A stretch of DNA of 64,000 nt, taken from Bilabrum cf. latius. Its lineage: Eukaryota. Each line of letters begins with the position of its first letter. Position 1 is the first letter of the stretch. The notes under the pieces are model-generated. The model saw only the letters and a list, made by a program, of their open reading frames with translations. It ran no database searches and was not told the origin of the DNA. A program made the position numbers and the translations under genes. Positions 62,601 to 64,000 of the stretch are shown here, one piece after another. The stretch is from the NCBI GenBank assembly GCA_965178125.1, contig OZ237740.1, positions 868,001 through 932,000 of the forward strand, given 5' to 3'.

Positions 62601-64000
62601 GGCAAGCTTCTTCCTCGCGAGTCTACTTCTGGATCCACCAGACCTGAAGCTGCTGGTGGAGCCCCCAGACCCAACGCCAGTCAAGTAGGTGTCATCTGGC
62701 GACTGAGAACCGAATTTTTCTTGGAGCAACTCTTTCGTCCCAGTGTCTGCATGGTACTCGGTGAGAGCGCGCGAATCAGCGAACCTAGTGACAAGTGGCA
62801 TCAGCCTAGCACCCTGGAACATCCTTTCGTACGACAACAGGAAGGGGGTAGGCGGCCGGAGCCCGGGCGTGTCGATCAGTGGGAAGAAGGCCTGCATGTG
62901 GGTGTGCCAGCCCAGGAACCCACTGGCTATGTTGCCAAAAGATCGATCGCTCGAGCCGTCGGAACCAGCTGCACTAGCAACGGGCACTGCCGCAGCGCCC
63001 CCAGAAGCTGCACCTGCACCGCTGCTCGGTCCTGATTCATGCGACAGTATCTCCAAGATTGCCTAGGCCAGCATCGCCCTGGACGGTGGGTGGAGCACCG
63101 TTGCACCCGAAGCACCCTCCTCAGAGTCGCCGTAGCCAGAGCTTTGCGCCCCCTGGCGGAACGCGCGCAGCATCCTGTCTCGCAGCGCCGTCAGCTATTC
63201 GCTAGACTCAGCATCTCCACGAATAAGCGTTCGCAGTGTTCTATCCCTCACGCGATTACCCACTTCGCGTTGCATGGCGTCATTGTTGAATATAATGCCA
63301 TCGTCTCCGCTGAGCGTGAGTGGCTCGCCTGAACACAAACCGGGCGGTCCGCTCTCCCTTGCCTTCCGGCCGTCATGCGCGGCCAGGTACAGCTGGCGCT
63401 CGACCAAGAAGGGTGGCAGCGGCTCCGACCGCAGCGTCTTGAGCGCTTTCTGCCTCCAAATGTTGGTAAGCCGTAGCTAGCACAGGGACAGATGCTGCAT
63501 GTGCTCCGAGCGAATGGACTTGGTGACCAGCCAGGCCACCACATCGCGCGGCAGGAAGCCGGTGTCCGACACCTCTCGCACCCTAGACAGCACCTCTGGA
63601 ATTACAGCAACGCTGAGTTTTTGTCCTTGCCCCAGACCGCGCATCCGATAGCAGCCCTGTGCCATGTCACGGAGAGTCATGTCATTGGACAAAGTGACCA
63701 CGGCCCGGGCATCGAGGCCCTGCTTGATGTCTTGGCCAGTGGTGTGGGCGTGGTCAAATACCACAAATCGCGCGTGCGGCGCAAGGCCGCAGTCCTGGAG
63801 CGGAATGGTGCGACCGCTCGCTCGCATTACCGCCATCTGTCTACCAGCGTTGTCGATGAACACGCAGCCCTTGAACCGGGGACGCAGCTTGCTCAGAATG
63901 AAACGAGCTGCCTGTTCGTTCGACATTCCAGTGATCAGAGCCCCCGTGTCGATCACCGCATTGTACGGCGGATCTGCTTGCGCGATTGATGTGAGCAGGC
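56688..64000 (-). CDS. C-terminal part (over 2400 aa, 5'-partial) of a giant DUF3638/DUF3645-family-like protein with SPRY domains and a terminal CaaX box
   Basis: IDTGALITGMSN, FDHAHTTGQDIKQ..AVVTL..RDMAQGCYRMRGLGQGQ and QEREQEKQQEKEQE. SPRY motifs GRWYFELEV, DMVGMCID and GNTIGIAID. Twelve ORF pieces are in one frame, each ending in TAG. Final residues GQCVVS-TGA. Confidence 0.8.

Noticed and set aside
328-64000. Mass pseudogenisation or sequencing error as the cause of the internal stops
   Set aside because: The interruptions are exclusively TAG, with no frameshifts or internal TAA/TGA in the traced frames. They fall on conserved Gln sites of an essential gene.
1-64000. Suppressor tRNA-Gln(CUA), other tRNA, rRNA or an eRF1 gene in the window
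   Set aside because: None recognised by eye. A tRNAscan-SE or Infernal run is needed.

Overview
This is gene-dense, GC-rich eukaryotic nuclear DNA from a protist, with short GT-AG introns. The gene style suggests a heterotrophic stramenopile, but that is a weak guess that the sequence alone cannot confirm. The main result is a non-standard nuclear genetic code: in-frame TAG occurs throughout intact conserved genes at invariant Gln positions (eIF2-gamma SR*ATIN and CP*PQT; LINE RT *AGFR and TP*GEILSP). TAG also aligns with CAG/CAA in a paralogous retroelement copy inside the window. TAA and TGA were not seen inside the traced long frames, and TGA ends almost every gene, so the code is UAG=Gln with UAA/UGA as stops. 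Re-read this way, the fragmented ORF track collapses into about 17 host genes: eIF2-gamma, RNF5-like E3, RPS5, CENP-S with a long tail, a minisatellite C2H2 array, a giant inverted-topology cyclase, saposin-like, OM47-like beta-barrel, PINK1/PEAK-like pseudokinase, RWDD2-like, a CRD protein, a secreted glycoside-hydrolase-like protein, an MFS transporter, a giant DUF3638-like/SPRY protein ending in CaaX, and a few hypothetical or weakly supported genes. The window also holds three related families of non-LTR retrotransposons that use TAG=Gln. One is an apparently full-length 1918-aa single-ORF APE-RT element, and two truncated copies are inserted at the same CAAGAC site inside another LINE's 3' UTR.
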